This document shows, in pieces, positions 9,347 to 18,463 of a DNA stretch of 64,000 nucleotides. Below the pieces are notes generated by a model. That model made no database searches. It was given only the letters and a program-made list of their open reading frames with translations, and was not told where the DNA came from. The first letter of the stretch is position 1. The number at the start of each line of letters is the position of its first letter. The stretch is from Candidatus Eiseniibacteriota bacterium. Its GTDB lineage: Bacteria > Eisenbacteria > RBG-16-71-46. Made by a program: the position numbers and the translations under genes. Location: NCBI GenBank assembly GCA_963707915.1, contig OY970178.1:3136001-3200000 (forward strand), in the 5' to 3' direction.

Positions 9347-10872
9347 ATGCGAGCTCGGGTCGTCGCCCGGCTTCTCGCCCTGGCGCTGGTGGTGTCGTCG
9401 CCGTGCCCGGCGCAGGCGGGCACGGTGCGCATCGAGAGCGGGGGGATCGATAGGCGTCCCGAGCGGCCTGCCCGGCGTCCTCGTCTTCAGGGGGGTGCCC
9501 TATGCGCGGCCGCCGGTCGGGGCGCTCCGGTGGCAGCCGCCGCAGCCGCCGGCGGCGTGGAGCGGTGTGCGCAGGGCCGACGGCGTCGCTCCGTGCTGCC
9601 AGCAGGTGCCGTGGTCGGCGCCGCCCTGGACGGCGGAGTTCGTCACGCAGGAGCGGACGAGTGAGGACTGCCTCGACCTCAACCTCTGGACCGCGCAAGC
9701 CTCAGGCCGCACGAAGCGCCCGGTGCTCGTGTGGCTGCACGGCGGCGCGCTGACCGGAGGATCCGGCGCGGTGGCCGTGTACGACGGCGCCCAGCTCGCC
9801 CGTCGCGGCCTCGTGGTGGTGACCGTCAACTACCGGTTGGGCGCACTCGGCTTCCTCGCGCATCCCGGGCTGAGCGCGGAGTCCCCGCGGCACGTCTCCG
9901 GGAACTACGGGCTGCTCGATTGCATCGCCGCGCTGCAGTGGGTCCGGCGGAACATCGCGGCCTTCGGTGGCGACCCCGGGCGAGTGACGATCGCCGGGCA
10001 GTCTGCGGGCGCCGACCTGGTCAGCGCGCTGATGCGCTCGCCCCTGGCGACAGGGCTCTTCCACCGCGCCATCCTGATGAGCGGGGGCTCGTCCGACGGA
10101 TACCCTGCCGCTCGCCGAGGCCGAGCGGCAGGGCGCGGCGTGGGCGAGGACCTTCCAGGACAGCTCGCTCGCGGCGCTGCGCGCGCTGCCCGCCGCCGGA
10201 ACCATGGTCGGCGGGCGCTTCGGGCTCGTGGCGGACGGCTGGTGCCTTCCCGCGAACGGATCGACCGCTCCGGTGAGCGACGTGCCGATCCTCTTTGGCC
10301 TGACCGCGGACGAAGGCAGCAGTGACCCCACGTACGGCAAGGTCACGGCCGCGGAGTACGCGGCGTTCGCGCGCTCGCACCTGGACACGCTGGCGGACGA
10401 GGCGCTGCAGCTCTATCCGTTCTCCAACGACGAGCAGGCCGGGCTCGCGCAGAAGCAGAGCATGCGCGACCTCGGGCTCTTCCAGACCCTGCGCTGGGCG
10501 CGCGCGCGCGCCGCTCGGGACCACGCGCCACTGTACGCGTACTATTTCACGCGCGGCATCCCCTGGCCCGAGCATCCGGAGTTCGGCGCGTTCCACAGCT
10601 CCGACGTGCCCTATGCATTCGCGAACCTCCGGCTGCTGCAACGTCCCTGGCAGGAGGCCGATCGCCGCCTGTCCGAGACGCTCGCGGCGTACTGGGTCCG
10701 CTTCGCCCGGACGGGAGATCCGAATGGGCCGGGATTGCCGGAGTGGCCGGCGTTCGATCCCGGCGAGCCGCGGCTGCTGGAGCTGGGCGCGACCGTGGCC
10801 CCGCGCCCGATCCTCGAACCCCGGCGCGTGGAGTTCTACGAGAAGTGCCTGGCGCTTCCCCCGCGCGAGTAG
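9347..10872 (+). pseudogene. Type-B carboxylesterase split by two +1 frameshifts in G runs (or sequencing errors)
   Basis: Signal peptide in one frame, FRGVPYA/SEDCL/HGG/GQSAG in a second, GLTADEG and GAFHSSD in a third; removing one G at 9440-9445 and one at 10083-10087 restores a single ORF. Confidence 0.8.
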
Positions 10873-10943
10873 GCGCGCGCAGCCCGCCTCACGATCCGCC
10901 CGCTGGCCATGCTGCAGTCCGCGCGAAGCGTCGATGATGCCCG

Positions 10944-13919
10944 TCACTCCAGCAACGTCAACTTGCGCGTTCCGACCACACGGTCACCGAGCCGCATGCG
11001 CACGAAGTAGAGCCCCGCCGCGAGTCTCCGGCCGCTGGCGTCCGCCGGTCGCCAGGACGCCGACCATTCGCCGGCACTGCGCGCGCCCGGCTCCACCGAC
11101 GCCACCCGACGGCCAGCCATGTCGAGGACGTCGAACGCCACCTCGCCCTCGGCCCGCAACGCGTAGTCGATGCGCAGCGCGCCGCGGCCCGGGTTGGGCG
11201 AGATGCCGCCTAACGCGTCGCGGTCGGGACGTGGCGTGCCTTCCACGGTGACGGTTCCGCTCCGCAGTCCGACCTCGAAGATGCCTGCGCCCCCGTCGCG
11301 CACCACGACGACGCCGTACCAGCCGGTGACCGGCGCCGTGATCACCACGGACTGCTGACTCTCCACCAGCGCGCTCGCGCGACCCGTCCACAAGGGGCCG
11401 CCGGTGGGCGCGAAGACCAGCACCTTCGCATCGAGCCCGGGGCTGTGCGAGAACGTGAGGGTGTAGGTCTGGCCGGCGATCATGGGCGCATCCCAGCTCT
11501 CCACCAGGAAGTCGCTCGTTGTGGTGCGCACGTTGTCGGGCGCGTCGAGCGTCAGCTCCTGATGGCCTGGGAAGTACTCCACCAGTCCCGCATCGGCGCC
11601 GGTCCAGCGGATCGCGGAAGCGTAGTAGGTGGCGAACGAGTTGAAGTTGAAGTCGCCGACCACGACGTCCGCCTCGGGGTACATGGTCGAGTTCGCCAGC
11701 ATCCCGCTCAGGCACGTGCCGATCGCTCCACCTGTCGGCGACGAGTAGGCGTAGAGACTCCAGTCGCTGCTGCTCGTCAGTCCGGCCGCGGCGATCGCCG
11801 TCCAGTAGGGCAACGCCGGCGCGAACGAGACGAACGCCCTTGGCTCGGTCGGCACGATGAACGCCGGCCCCGGCGTGAGCGACACGATCGGCGGGCAGGT
11901 GCGCACCCTGATCGTGTAGGCGTCCGCCGCTCCGTTCTCGTTGACGACAACGACTCCATAGAATCCGCTGCTCGGCGCCGTGTACGTGTGGGCGCCCGCG
12001 CCGCTCTCGAACTCGGCCATCTGGCGGCCTGCCCAGTACTCGTAGCCGGTCTCGTTGCGGAACAGCATGAGCGTGAGGGAGGCGGCCGGACCGCTCGAGA
12101 GTTCGAACTCGTAGGCCTGCCCGGCCTCCAGGTACACGTCCCAGCAACCCACGACGTCGTCGGGTCCGGTGGTGCGCTGCGTGACGTTGTTGTCATTGGC
12201 GATGATCAGGTTCTCGCCGGAATCCCACTGCACGGCTGTCGACGACACGCTTTCGGCGCGGGGCTGCGCGGCGTTCAGATAGTAGGTGCCGGGCGTGTTG
12301 TAGTTGAAGTCGCCGACGACGACGGGTTGCCGCCCTGAGGGCACGCCATAGGACGTGGCAAAGGGCAGCGTGGTGCAGCTTGGCCACAGCGAACTGAGGT
12401 TGTCGCCGTTGAGGTTCAGCACCCATTCCGGGCTTTCGCCGCGCAATGCGGCGGCGGTCCAGTATCGGGCGGTCTGCGCGATCGAGAAGTACGCCGTCAT
12501 CACCATGCCGGTCGAGGCGGTAACGCCGGGCGAGAGCGCGGTCGGGAACGAGCAGTCGCCGAAGGTAACGCTGTAGTCGCCGGCAACCGCCGCATCGTTG
12601 ACGACCGCCACGCCGTACCATCCGCTCACCGGCGCGGTGTAGGTGGTCGGCCCCGCCCCGCCCCCTGGCGAGCTCAGGACGGCCGCGGACCTACCGGCAA
12701 AGTACGCGCCGCCGCCGCTGTTGGCGAACAACAGCAACGTCCGACCGATGGGGAGTGAGAGGATGAAGCGGTACGTGTGGCCGGCGTGCAAGTAGACGTC
12801 GTAGAAATCGGCGAGATCGCTGCCCGCCATGGACTCGAAATGCGGGAGGCTGTTGGTTTCGAGGATCCCCTGCGTACCGGTGAACTCGACTTCGCCCGCG
12901 GCCGCGCCGCTGAACAGGTGCGGGTAGACGAAGTACCAGCCCGCGGGTGAGAAGCTGAAGTCGCCCACCGTGAGGTCCACGCTGCCGGGGCCGAACCCCG
13001 AGGTGGCGAACAGCCCGTCGAAGCACGTCGGCGGACTGCCGCCGCTCGGCATGTCGTAGAGGCCGAGGTCCCAGTCTGCGGCCGAGGACCGGACCGCACA
13101 TCCCATCCAGAACGGGTCCCTCGCCTCGAAGGCCAGGTTCCCGTTCGGCAGAGCGACGACAACCGGCGTCTGCGCCGTGAGGGCCGAGGGGATCGGGCAG
13201 GTCGAAGCCGTGACGCCCAGCTTGTACGAGAGGGCGGTGCCGGCGTCGTTGGTGAGCACGAGGCCGTAGTAACCGGTCGTTGTCGGCGTGAAGGTCGTTG
13301 TGCCGGTGACGTCGAAGTGGGCTGCGCTGCGGCCGGCCCAGTAAGTGCCGCCCGTGATGTTGGCGAACAACATCAGGTGGGCCCCCGACCAGTTCGTGGG
13401 GAAGAAGTCGAACGTGTAGGTCGTGCCCGTGGACATGTAGACGTCCCAGACGCGGATCAGGTCGGATGTGGCCATCGATCCGGAGATCGCGGAGCCGTTG
13501 GGTACGATGACGTCGGGGCCGTCGTCCCACTGCACGGTCGCATTCCCTCCGGAGTATCGGGACACCGAGGGGTAGTAGGTGCCCGGCGCGTTGTGGTTGA
13601 AATCGCCGACGACGAAGTCCAGCACGCCGACTCCGGCGGTCGATGACGCCAGCAGGCCGGTGGGCGTGCAGGAAGGCTCTGGCGTGGTGCCCGAGTAGAG
13701 GAAGAGGTCCCAGTCCGCGCCCGGCTGCGGTCGCACCGCAACGGCAGTCCAGAAGGCCGAGGACTGCGCGAACTGACAGAGTGCCGGCGTGCTCGATACC
13801 GGCACCGCAGTGCCCGAGGTCAGCACTTGGGTCGGACATGCCGCACGCGCCGGGCCGGCGAGCGCGAGCGCAAGTACGACGGCGCTCGTCGTGTGGTGGA
13901 GAGCGATTCGGAGAGTCAT
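10944..13919 (-). CDS. 991-aa secreted protein with four tandem ~215-aa beta-rich repeats and a C-terminal FlgD-like Ig domain
   Basis: Signal peptide ending ARA; repeats share W(T/M)xxA, GDF, (W/Y)D, GR and G(Y/W/F)YG motifs; C-terminus SPNPGRG...DMAGRRV...LAAGLYFVRM. Confidence 0.85.
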   Translation of the reverse strand: MTLRIALHHTTSAVVLALALAGPARAACPTQVLTSGTAVPVSSTPALCQFAQSSAFWTAVAVRPQPGADWDLFLYSGTTPEPSCTPTGLLASSTAGVGVLDFVVGDFNHNAPGTYYPSVSRYSGGNATVQWDDGPDVIVPNGSAISGSMATSDLIRVWDVYMSTGTTYTFDFFPTNWSGAHLMLFANITGGTYWAGRSAAHFDVTGTTTFTPTTTGYYGLVLTNDAGTALSYKLGVTASTCPIPSALTAQTPVVVALPNGNLAFEARDPFWMGCAVRSSAADWDLGLYDMPSGGSPPTCFDGLFATSGFGPGSVDLTVGDFSFSPAGWYFVYPHLFSGAAAGEVEFTGTQGILETNSLPHFESMAGSDLADFYDVYLHAGHTYRFILSLPIGRTLLLFANSGGGAYFAGRSAAVLSSPGGGAGPTTYTAPVSGWYGVAVVNDAAVAGDYSVTFGDCSFPTALSPGVTASTGMVMTAYFSIAQTARYWTAAALRGESPEWVLNLNGDNLSSLWPSCTTLPFATSYGVPSGRQPVVVGDFNYNTPGTYYLNAAQPRAESVSSTAVQWDSGENLIIANDNNVTQRTTGPDDVVGCWDVYLEAGQAYEFELSSGPAASLTLMLFRNETGYEYWAGRQMAEFESGAGAHTYTAPSSGFYGVVVVNENGAADAYTIRVRTCPPIVSLTPGPAFIVPTEPRAFVSFAPALPYWTAIAAAGLTSSSDWSLYAYSSPTGGAIGTCLSGMLANSTMYPEADVVVGDFNFNSFATYYASAIRWTGADAGLVEYFPGHQELTLDAPDNVRTTTSDFLVESWDAPMIAGQTYTLTFSHSPGLDAKVLVFAPTGGPLWTGRASALVESQQSVVITAPVTGWYGVVVVRDGGAGIFEVGLRSGTVTVEGTPRPDRDALGGISPNPGRGALRIDYALRAEGEVAFDVLDMAGRRVASVEPGARSAGEWSASWRPADASGRRLAAGLYFVRMRLGDRVVGTRKLTLLE

Positions 13920-14536
13920 CGCGAGCCTCCCTTCGCGATGCGACGAAGCTCCGCCTGCTTCTCGAGCTGCGCGGGCGCCAGCGGCGTGGGCGCGGGGTTG
14001 AGGATCGCGCCGGCCGCCAGCCGGTTCTCCGATGCAGACGACGGCGCACTGCGCGCGTGCGCCCGCTTCTCGGTGATCGCCGCGGCCCGCTCCGCCCCCA
14101 GCTTCGGATCCAGCGGCCGTGACGTAACGAGCGGGCCGGGCCTGGTGCGTACGTCACCCGCGGGCGCAGCGCCCGCGGGCAGCCCGAGCATCGTGGCGCG
14201 ATTGCGCTGCTGCATCCTCAGCAGCGCGCCAGACTGCTTCTCGGCCTGCGAATTCTCCGTCGGCCGGTCGGGGCCCGGCGGGCGCGAGGTCGCGACCGGC
14301 GGGGCCTTCGCATCGCCGAGCGCGAACGCCGCTGCCGGCGCCGGAATCGCCGCGTGGATCGACTCCAGCTTGATGCGTTGAGCGGCCGTGGGCGTGGGCG
14401 ATAGCGAAGGCGGCAGTTCGGTGCGCACCTCGGCGGGCTTGCCGGTGGCGTCCGGCGAGGAGTCACCGGCGAGCGCCGGATCGGGTGAGGCGCACAACGC
14501 TACCGCGCTGGCGAGAACCAGGAGAGCGCATTTCAT
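13916..14536 (-). CDS. Secreted low-complexity hypothetical protein, coupled to the 991-aa gene
   Basis: GGAGGAG RBS; MKCALLVLASAVALCASPDPALA signal peptide; ATGA overlap at 13916-13919. Confidence 0.7.
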   Translation of the reverse strand: MKCALLVLASAVALCASPDPALAGDSSPDATGKPAEVRTELPPSLSPTPTAAQRIKLESIHAAIPAPAAAFALGDAKAPPVATSRPPGPDRPTENSQAEKQSGALLRMQQRNRATMLGLPAGAAPAGDVRTRPGPLVTSRPLDPKLGAERAAAITEKRAHARSAPSSASENRLAAGAILNPAPTPLAPAQLEKQAELRRIAKGGSR

Positions 14537-14585
14537 GGGAGACTCCTCCGCGTCGAGGTGAAGAATCGGCATGGGGCTACCGCTC

Positions 14586-14612
14586 AAACGACCCGAGGCC
14601 GCGCGAATCACA
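14586..14612 (-). promoter_or_regulatory. Candidate ECF promoter TGTGATTC-N14-CGTTT for the divergent secreted operon
   Basis: Minus strand TGTGATTCGCGCGGCCTCGGGTCGTTT; same boxes and spacing as 17826-17852. Confidence 0.6.
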
Positions 14613-14894
14613 CGGGAAGTGCGGGCGCGAGGGATCCCCGAGGCGGGGCGGACGGGCCGTGCCGGGGGCCACCGGGAACGAGCTTGCGTCGGGCGAAGGG
14701 CCCGGCTTTACTTGCGCTCACGACGAGGGGTCTGCGTCCGCAAATGACCCCGAGCGGGGCCGGGACGTTCCGCCGGAGCCCGCGCCGGCGAACTCCCGAG
14801 CCGCGGCTGGAGGGTGGGTGTCGAATCCCGAAGGTCAACTCCACTGGGTCGGCGGGGCGCCCGCGGGCGCCGCGCCCCGTTGATCGACTTTTCC

Positions 14895-17858
14895 GTGGCC
14901 GCCACCCGGGCGGGGCCGGTCCGGCTGGGGATGCTCCTCGCCGTGGTGTTGCTCGCGAGCGGCGCGGGTTCCACGCCGTCCGCGCCGGGGCGGGCCGCGG
15001 CGCCCGAGGTCGCCGGGCGCACGTCGCCGGGGGCTTCGGCCCCGGATCGCACTCCCGTCCAGCGCCGCACGCTCGCGCTCCTCGATTCGCTCTGGGCCGC
15101 GGGGAGGACCGATACGCTGTGGACGTGCGCGGAGGCCGCGTTGCGGACGGCCCGCGTCCGCGGCGACGCGAGGCTCACGCTCGATCTGCTGGCGACGCGC
15201 GGGCGGATGCGCGCGAGCCTCGGACTGATCGCGGAATCCGAGCCCGATCTACGAGCCGCCATCCGCATGGCGCGATCGGCCGGCGACGACTCGACGCTGC
15301 GGGCCAGCCTGCGATGGCTCGCCTATGCCCTGGATCGCGAGGGCAGGAACGACGAGGCGCTCCGCGCGTGGCAGCGTCTTCGCGCGCACTCGGAGCGGGC
15401 CGGCGACCTCGTGCACCAGGCGTGGGCCTGGTCGGGCATCGGCTTCCTGCGCTGGCAGTCGGGCGACCCCCGGGCCGCCGAGAGCGCCGACCTGCGGGCG
15501 CTGGGCCTCTTCCGCGCGGCGCACGACGAGCGCGGCGAGGCGTTCGTGCTGAACGCGCTGGGTGTGGTGGCGAACGCGCAGGGTGACTACCTCCGGGCCG
15601 ACCAGCGCTTCCGGCTCGCGGCCGCGAAGGCCGACCGTGCGCGGTGGACGTGGCTGGCGGCCGTTGCCTGGAACAACGTCGCGTCGCTCGAGCAATCGCT
15701 GGGCGATCCGGGGCGCGCCCGCACCCTGTACGTGAAGGCCGCCGAGTTGCATCGCCGCGCAGGTGACCTGGCGGAAGCCCTGGTGACGGGCGAGAACGTC
15801 GCGCGCTGCGACGCGGCGCTGGGCGCGTACGACGAGGCCGCCGCGGAGCTCGAGCTGCTCTTCCGGGAGTGTCGCGAGCACGGGATCGCACACCTGGAGG
15901 GCGGGCTTCGCAACGCGCTCGCCGACGTGCGCACCCGCCAGGGTCGCCCGCACGCGGCCGCCCGTCTCTATCGGGCGAACCTCGAGCGTGGAGCCTCGAT
16001 CACGGCGGATGCGCATCAGGAAGCGGTGCTCGGACTCGCCCGCACGCTTGCCGCCGTGGACAGCGTGCCGGCTGGCCTGGCGCTGATGCGCCGGGAGTCG
16101 AGCTGGATTCGCACGGCGGCGGACGCGATCGGTCGCGCCGAATGCGACGAGGAGCTGGGCGACTTGCTGCTGCGAGCAGGTCGCCCGCAGGAGGCGCTGC
16201 GGGTCCTGCTCTCCGCGGCCGCCGAAGCTCGCCGGCTGGGGGTCGGTGCGCCCCGCATCCGGGCTCTGGCCGGGGCCGCCCGGGCCGCGGAGCGTCTCGG
16301 CATGCGCGATCGCGCGCTGGCGCTGCTCCGCGAGGCACTCGGCGTGTGGGAAGTGGAGCGGGGCCTGCCCGCCGATCCCGAGTGGCGTGAGGTGCGTGGT
16401 GTCGTTGCCGCGGACGTGGTTGCGAGCCTGGGAAGGCTGCTGCTCGTGCTCCCGCCCGACGCCTCCCCTGCCGAGCGCGCCCGGCACGCATTCGACGCGG
16501 TGCAGGCGTTCAAGGCGCGCACGTTGATGGAGCGCATGCTCGGCCCCGCGCGCGGCGACACGTCGTCACCCGCGGCGATCCCGACCACCTGCACGGAGCT
16601 ACAGCGTCGGGTGCTTCGCCCCGGGGAGCTGATGCTCGACTTCTACCTCGGGGCGGATTCCGGGCTGGTGTTCGTCGTGAGTCGCGAGGAGTGTCGCGCC
16701 TACCGCATTCCGCCGCGGCGCGAACTCGAGTCGGTGCTCGCGCCGTACTCGCGAGCCGTCGCCGCGGCCGACGGGAGTGCGGAGCCCGCGAGGGGGCGCG
16801 ACGCCGGTCTGGCGCTCGCACATCGCAGCGTGCGCGAGTTGCTGCTCGGGCCGGCGCTCGATCGCATCGCGCGGAGCCGCAGCCTGATCGTGGTTCCCGA
16901 CGGCATCCTCGATCGCCTAAGCTTCGCCGCGCTGCTCGACGACCCTTCGCCGGACCCGGCGGCGCGTCGGCTCGCGCTGCAGACCGTGCCGTCCGCGTCG
17001 ATCCTCGCCCGACTGCGAGCGACGCTGGCCGACCGCCCGGCGTGGGTGCGTGACGGGCCGTCGATCCTCGCTCTCGCCGGCGGCAGGGACGCGAGCGGCA
17101 ACCGACTCTCCGGCGCGCTGGGCGAAGTCCGGGACCTCGCCTCCGACTTCCGCCGCGTCTCCCTCGCGCTGCCCGGGACGCCGTCGCCCCCGCGGGCGGG
17201 TCCGGTGGACTCGATCCGCGCGGCGGAACTCCGCGGGACGGCGCTGCTCGAGCGCGCGGCGGGTTACGATGTGCTCCACTTCGCGGCGCACACCACGATC
17301 GACGAGCAACGTCCCTGGCGATCCTCGCTCCGCCTCGGCGACGAGACCGACCCGGGGCGGCTACTGCGCCTGACCGGCTCGGCCATCGCGCGATCGACGC
17401 TCTCCGCGCGGCTGGTCGTCCTGTCGACCTGTCGTTCTGCCGACGGCCGGTTGCTGCCGGGGGAAGGCGTGCAGGGGCCGGCGGCGGCGTTCCTGGTCGC
17501 TGGGGTTCCGGCCGTGGTCGCGGCGCTGTGGCCGGTGCAGGACGCCGATGCCCGCTGGATGATGCGACGCCTCTACCTCCACCTGGCGGAGGGTGCGACC
17601 GTGGGCGAAGCGCTGTCGCTGGCCCAGTCGGACGCGCGCAGGACCGCCGAGCGATTCCGTTCGGCGCGCTGGGCGGGCTATGTCGTCGTCGGCGACGGCG
17701 ACTTGCGGATTCCGATTCGACGCAGGACGCTTGCGGAACGCTTCGGGCTCCCGGCCGCGCTCCTGCTGTTCGGATGCGCGGCGGTCCTCGGCTGGCTTCT
17801 CCGGCCACCTGACATCAAGAGGGAATGTGATTCCCGCGAACCGTCGGCGTTTCCATGA
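14895..17858 (+). CDS. TPR-CHAT (caspase-like) protease with putative signal peptide and C-terminal TM anchor
   Basis: TPR-like helical repeats; CHAT motifs IVVPDGILDRLSF, VLHFAAH (His), LVVLSTC (Cys), AGVPAVVAALWPV, WAGY; start uncertain (14814-14931). Confidence 0.9.
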   Translation: MAATRAGPVRLGMLLAVVLLASGAGSTPSAPGRAAAPEVAGRTSPGASAPDRTPVQRRTLALLDSLWAAGRTDTLWTCAEAALRTARVRGDARLTLDLLATRGRMRASLGLIAESEPDLRAAIRMARSAGDDSTLRASLRWLAYALDREGRNDEALRAWQRLRAHSERAGDLVHQAWAWSGIGFLRWQSGDPRAAESADLRALGLFRAAHDERGEAFVLNALGVVANAQGDYLRADQRFRLAAAKADRARWTWLAAVAWNNVASLEQSLGDPGRARTLYVKAAELHRRAGDLAEALVTGENVARCDAALGAYDEAAAELELLFRECREHGIAHLEGGLRNALADVRTRQGRPHAAARLYRANLERGASITADAHQEAVLGLARTLAAVDSVPAGLALMRRESSWIRTAADAIGRAECDEELGDLLLRAGRPQEALRVLLSAAAEARRLGVGAPRIRALAGAARAAERLGMRDRALALLREALGVWEVERGLPADPEWREVRGVVAADVVASLGRLLLVLPPDASPAERARHAFDAVQAFKARTLMERMLGPARGDTSSPAAIPTTCTELQRRVLRPGELMLDFYLGADSGLVFVVSREECRAYRIPPRRELESVLAPYSRAVAAADGSAEPARGRDAGLALAHRSVRELLLGPALDRIARSRSLIVVPDGILDRLSFAALLDDPSPDPAARRLALQTVPSASILARLRATLADRPAWVRDGPSILALAGGRDASGNRLSGALGEVRDLASDFRRVSLALPGTPSPPRAGPVDSIRAAELRGTALLERAAGYDVLHFAAHTTIDEQRPWRSSLRLGDETDPGRLLRLTGSAIARSTLSARLVVLSTCRSADGRLLPGEGVQGPAAAFLVAGVPAVVAALWPVQDADARWMMRRLYLHLAEGATVGEALSLAQSDARRTAERFRSARWAGYVVVGDGDLRIPIRRRTLAERFGLPAALLLFGCAAVLGWLLRPPDIKRECDSREPSAFP
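17826..17852 (+). promoter_or_regulatory. Candidate autoregulatory ECF promoter directly upstream of the sigma gene
   Basis: TGTGATTCCCGCGAACCGTCGGCGTTT ends 2 nt before ATGATG (17855), compatible with a leaderless transcript. Confidence 0.6.
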
Positions 17859-18463
17859 TGAAGCCGGACGCTGAGGATCCCCGAAGCGACGAGGATCTGG
17901 CGCTCCTGGCCGCGGGCTGCCCGGATAGTCCGGCCGGGAGGAAGGCGGCGTGCACGGTTCTCGAACGCTACGCACGGGTCGTCTACCGCTGGTGCTATTC
18001 CTACGTCGGCAACGTCGAACAGGCCGAGGATCTCGCGCAGGACGTGCTGCTACGCGCCTACCGTCACCTCGGGGACTTCGAGGGATGGGGACGATTCTCG
18101 GCCTGGCTCTTCGTGATCACGCGCAACCTCTGCCTGGACGCGGTGCGGCGCGACGCGCGTCGGAAGCGCGAGGAGATCGAGTTGGATCGGCTCGCCGACC
18201 CCGCTCCGGGGCCGGAGGCCGAGTTGGCCGCGCGCCGGGAAGAGGAGCGCACGTTGTCGCTGATTCGAGAGCATCTGTCGGAGCAGGAGCAGGACGCGCT
18301 CTGGCTCCGCTGCTTCGAACGCATGCCCCTCGACGCCATCACCCGTGTGCTCGGTATCACGCAACGCAGTGGAGCGCGCGCGGTGCTCCAGAACGCCCGG
18401 CGCAAGCTCCGCGCGGCGTTGGGCGATGCGCATCCGCTGGCCCGGGAGGGGGACGATGACTGA
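17855..18463 (+). CDS. ECF RNA polymerase sigma-70 factor
   Basis: Region 2 AEDLAQDVLLRAY...FSAWLFVITRNLCLD; region 4 LSEQEQ...ARRKLR. Confidence 0.93.
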   Translation: MMKPDAEDPRSDEDLALLAAGCPDSPAGRKAACTVLERYARVVYRWCYSYVGNVEQAEDLAQDVLLRAYRHLGDFEGWGRFSAWLFVITRNLCLDAVRRDARRKREEIELDRLADPAPGPEAELAARREEERTLSLIREHLSEQEQDALWLRCFERMPLDAITRVLGITQRSGARAVLQNARRKLRAALGDAHPLAREGDDD

